From NCBI RefSeq assembly GCF_001949145.1, contig NW_019091360.1:2043599-2107598 (forward strand): a stretch of 64,000 bases of DNA. The letters run 5' to 3'. Source of the DNA: Acanthaster planci. Its lineage: Eukaryota. Position numbers and translations under genes: made by a program. Below the pieces are notes generated by a model. That model saw only the letters and a list, made by a program, of their open reading frames with translations, was not told the origin of the DNA and ran no database searches. This document shows, piece after piece, positions 62,274 through 64,000 of this stretch. How positions within the stretch are numbered: position 1 is the stretch's first letter; each line of letters opens with the position of its first letter.

Positions 62274-63362
62274 TCAAGTTACAAGGTTTTGTTCGTTAGA
62301 AGAGCGAACTCGAAAGCAGCAGCCAAGTAGTCTATTGGCTGTTTTCCTGAAGGCGTCGTTCCTTGTATAGTAGATGATGACATTCCAGAGACTGTTTAGG
62401 AGCAGCAGGATTTGAGCCACAAATGCTACAGCATCGGGGACCTTTTCGTTGCTGAAGTTTTCCCACGATATGGTCACGTAGTACGGTGTCCAGGAGACGG
62501 CCGCCACCACGGCCATGATGAAGAAGGTCCGCGCCGCCTTGGTCTCCGGGCTCACGCGGTCCGAGTTGGCCCGTGCGCGCCCCTCGCGTCGTGGTGCTGG
62601 CGGAGAGGGTTGGGCTGGCTGTTCCGCATCACTCTCCGAGCGTTCACTCAGCCCGGATGTCGTGTTTATATCCCCCAGGGTTATGTTACTGACTTTGGAG
62701 GCATGGTGAGTGGCCAACAGGAAAAGCCTGAGGTGAAGAATGACAGTGATCAACATCGGCAAGGCAATGAAAAGAGTCATACCTAGTTGGCCCGTCAAAT
62801 CATGGCCCACGTCAGCATCGATGAAACACACGCTGAAGTTATTGTAATAGAAAGCCGACCGGTCTGGCTTCAGCACATACAGTAAGGTCCACAACATTAA
62901 CAGAACGATGAAGAAGACCTCTGCAATGGCCGCCCTAGCCAGGGTGACGATGAGTGGGTATCTAAGGGGCCATATGACCGCGATGTATCGCTCGATGTTG
63001 ATGGCAAGCACAGACAAACCAGCATTGAAGTACAGCGCGTGGCACATGGCAACCACGGTGCAGTAGGTGTCCCCGTACGGCCAGCTCTGCAGGGCCGTCG
63101 ACCCCACGACAGGAATGCCGACGAGCACACCGACCAACAGATCGCTGATGGTAAGCGATATCAGGAACAGTTTGGTGACGGGGCTGACTCCGTCGTGCGT
63201 ATAGCGCAGGACGATCAAGCACATGGAGTTGCCGAGGAGAATAAAGACGGTGATCACGCCTATTACACAAGCCTTGAAGACGGACAACGCGGTGACATTG
63301 TCCGAGCTTTCGGTGGTCATCCCCCAGTTTGGGGCGGTTTGGGTATCAACTCCTTCCTCCAT
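62274..63362 (-). CDS. Intronless class A (rhodopsin-like) GPCR, 362 aa, biogenic-amine-receptor-like orphan
   Basis: Seven hydrophobic segments; TM1 GN, TM2 SLTISDLL, ECL1 WPYG..C, TM3 ERY..V..PLRY, TM6 SWTPY, TM7 NSLWNVIIY, helix 8 FRK, C-terminal CC, N-terminal N-glycosylation sequon NVT. Confidence 0.95.
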   Translation of the reverse strand: MEEGVDTQTAPNWGMTTESSDNVTALSVFKACVIGVITVFILLGNSMCLIVLRYTHDGVSPVTKLFLISLTISDLLVGVLVGIPVVGSTALQSWPYGDTYCTVVAMCHALYFNAGLSVLAINIERYIAVIWPLRYPLIVTLARAAIAEVFFIVLLMLWTLLYVLKPDRSAFYYNNFSVCFIDADVGHDLTGQLGMTLFIALPMLITVILHLRLFLLATHHASKVSNITLGDINTTSGLSERSESDAEQPAQPSPPAPRREGRARANSDRVSPETKAARTFFIMAVVAAVSWTPYYVTISWENFSNEKVPDAVAFVAQILLLLNSLWNVIIYYTRNDAFRKTANRLLGCCFRVRSSNEQNLVT

Positions 63363-64000
63363 CCTCTTTGGACCCCGCGGTAAGATTAACTCAAAACACC
63401 GCTGTTACTTTCCCTTTAGCTTAAATACCCAAGCCTAGGTCGATCGAATAACACACTTCCGCGGTACTCTAATAGTTTCACGGAGAACACGCTGGTGTAA
63501 TCACAAACTAAATTGGAATCGGCTGTCATGTTAATATTAACAGACATTTAACGTCAGTGGTTGAATTCTTCGAATGGCAACTGCGACATTCTCCTAGCTT
63601 GCCACGAAAACAAGAGTTCAAGAAACTGCCATCCAGTGCCCTAACCAGGAAGTACTGTTGACACTTTCATACTGCGAGGGTATACCGCAGAAAAACCACA
63701 ACCTGCCATGTGGGACAGCGAACGCAGTTTCAACACGGGGTGTGCGCGTTTTAGCTGATTCACTGAGCAGGGTTGCGCATGTCAATGTACTGATCGACTA
63801 CTTGTCAGAGCATATCCATGTCACCATGGCACAGGCGAGGAAGGTCGGTGAAATGCCACGTTGCTAACTTTCCACTTCGATAAATCTAGTGAGCGTTGAC
63901 ACGGCCCCGGGAATCCACGAGAACTTTCACTGATCCATTATTTTTACTTCTCTTGCGTCACGAAGTCTCTGCCTTTACCGTCGACTTCAACGCATCGCGA

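Noticed and set aside
62412..63438. ORFs overlapping the GPCR on other frames and strands
   Set aside because: Shadow ORFs of a GC-rich coding sequence.

Overview
Eukaryotic (animal) genomic DNA from a gapped scaffold (N runs at 17880-18461, 32580-33450, 35257 and 36791-37511). The composition and the GPCR type suggest a marine invertebrate deuterostome such as a sea star, but this is inference only. The only clearly intact protein gene is an intronless rhodopsin-class GPCR (62274-63362, minus strand). Positions 1-52000 are a dense graveyard of nested transposable elements: Gmr1-like, Mag-like and CsRn1-like Gypsy elements, an Ngaro/DIRS-like tyrosine-recombinase element, an L2/CR1 fragment, a full-length RNase H-bearing LINE, and many TIR elements with readable target-site duplications (TSDs). 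The most notable observations are: (1) pervasive TA->TACATGTA 6-bp insertions, shown by comparing paired copies and conserved protein motifs, matching cut-and-paste transposon excision footprints; (2) a putative spliced, mostly non-coding minus-strand transcript from a CpG/NRF1-type promoter near 56.3 kb, built from reiterated exon modules, one with a 39-bp repeat expansion that creates a 123-aa ORF; (3) a multi-kb nested inverted duplication around the 18 kb gap. All coordinates and alignments were read by eye; no searches were run.
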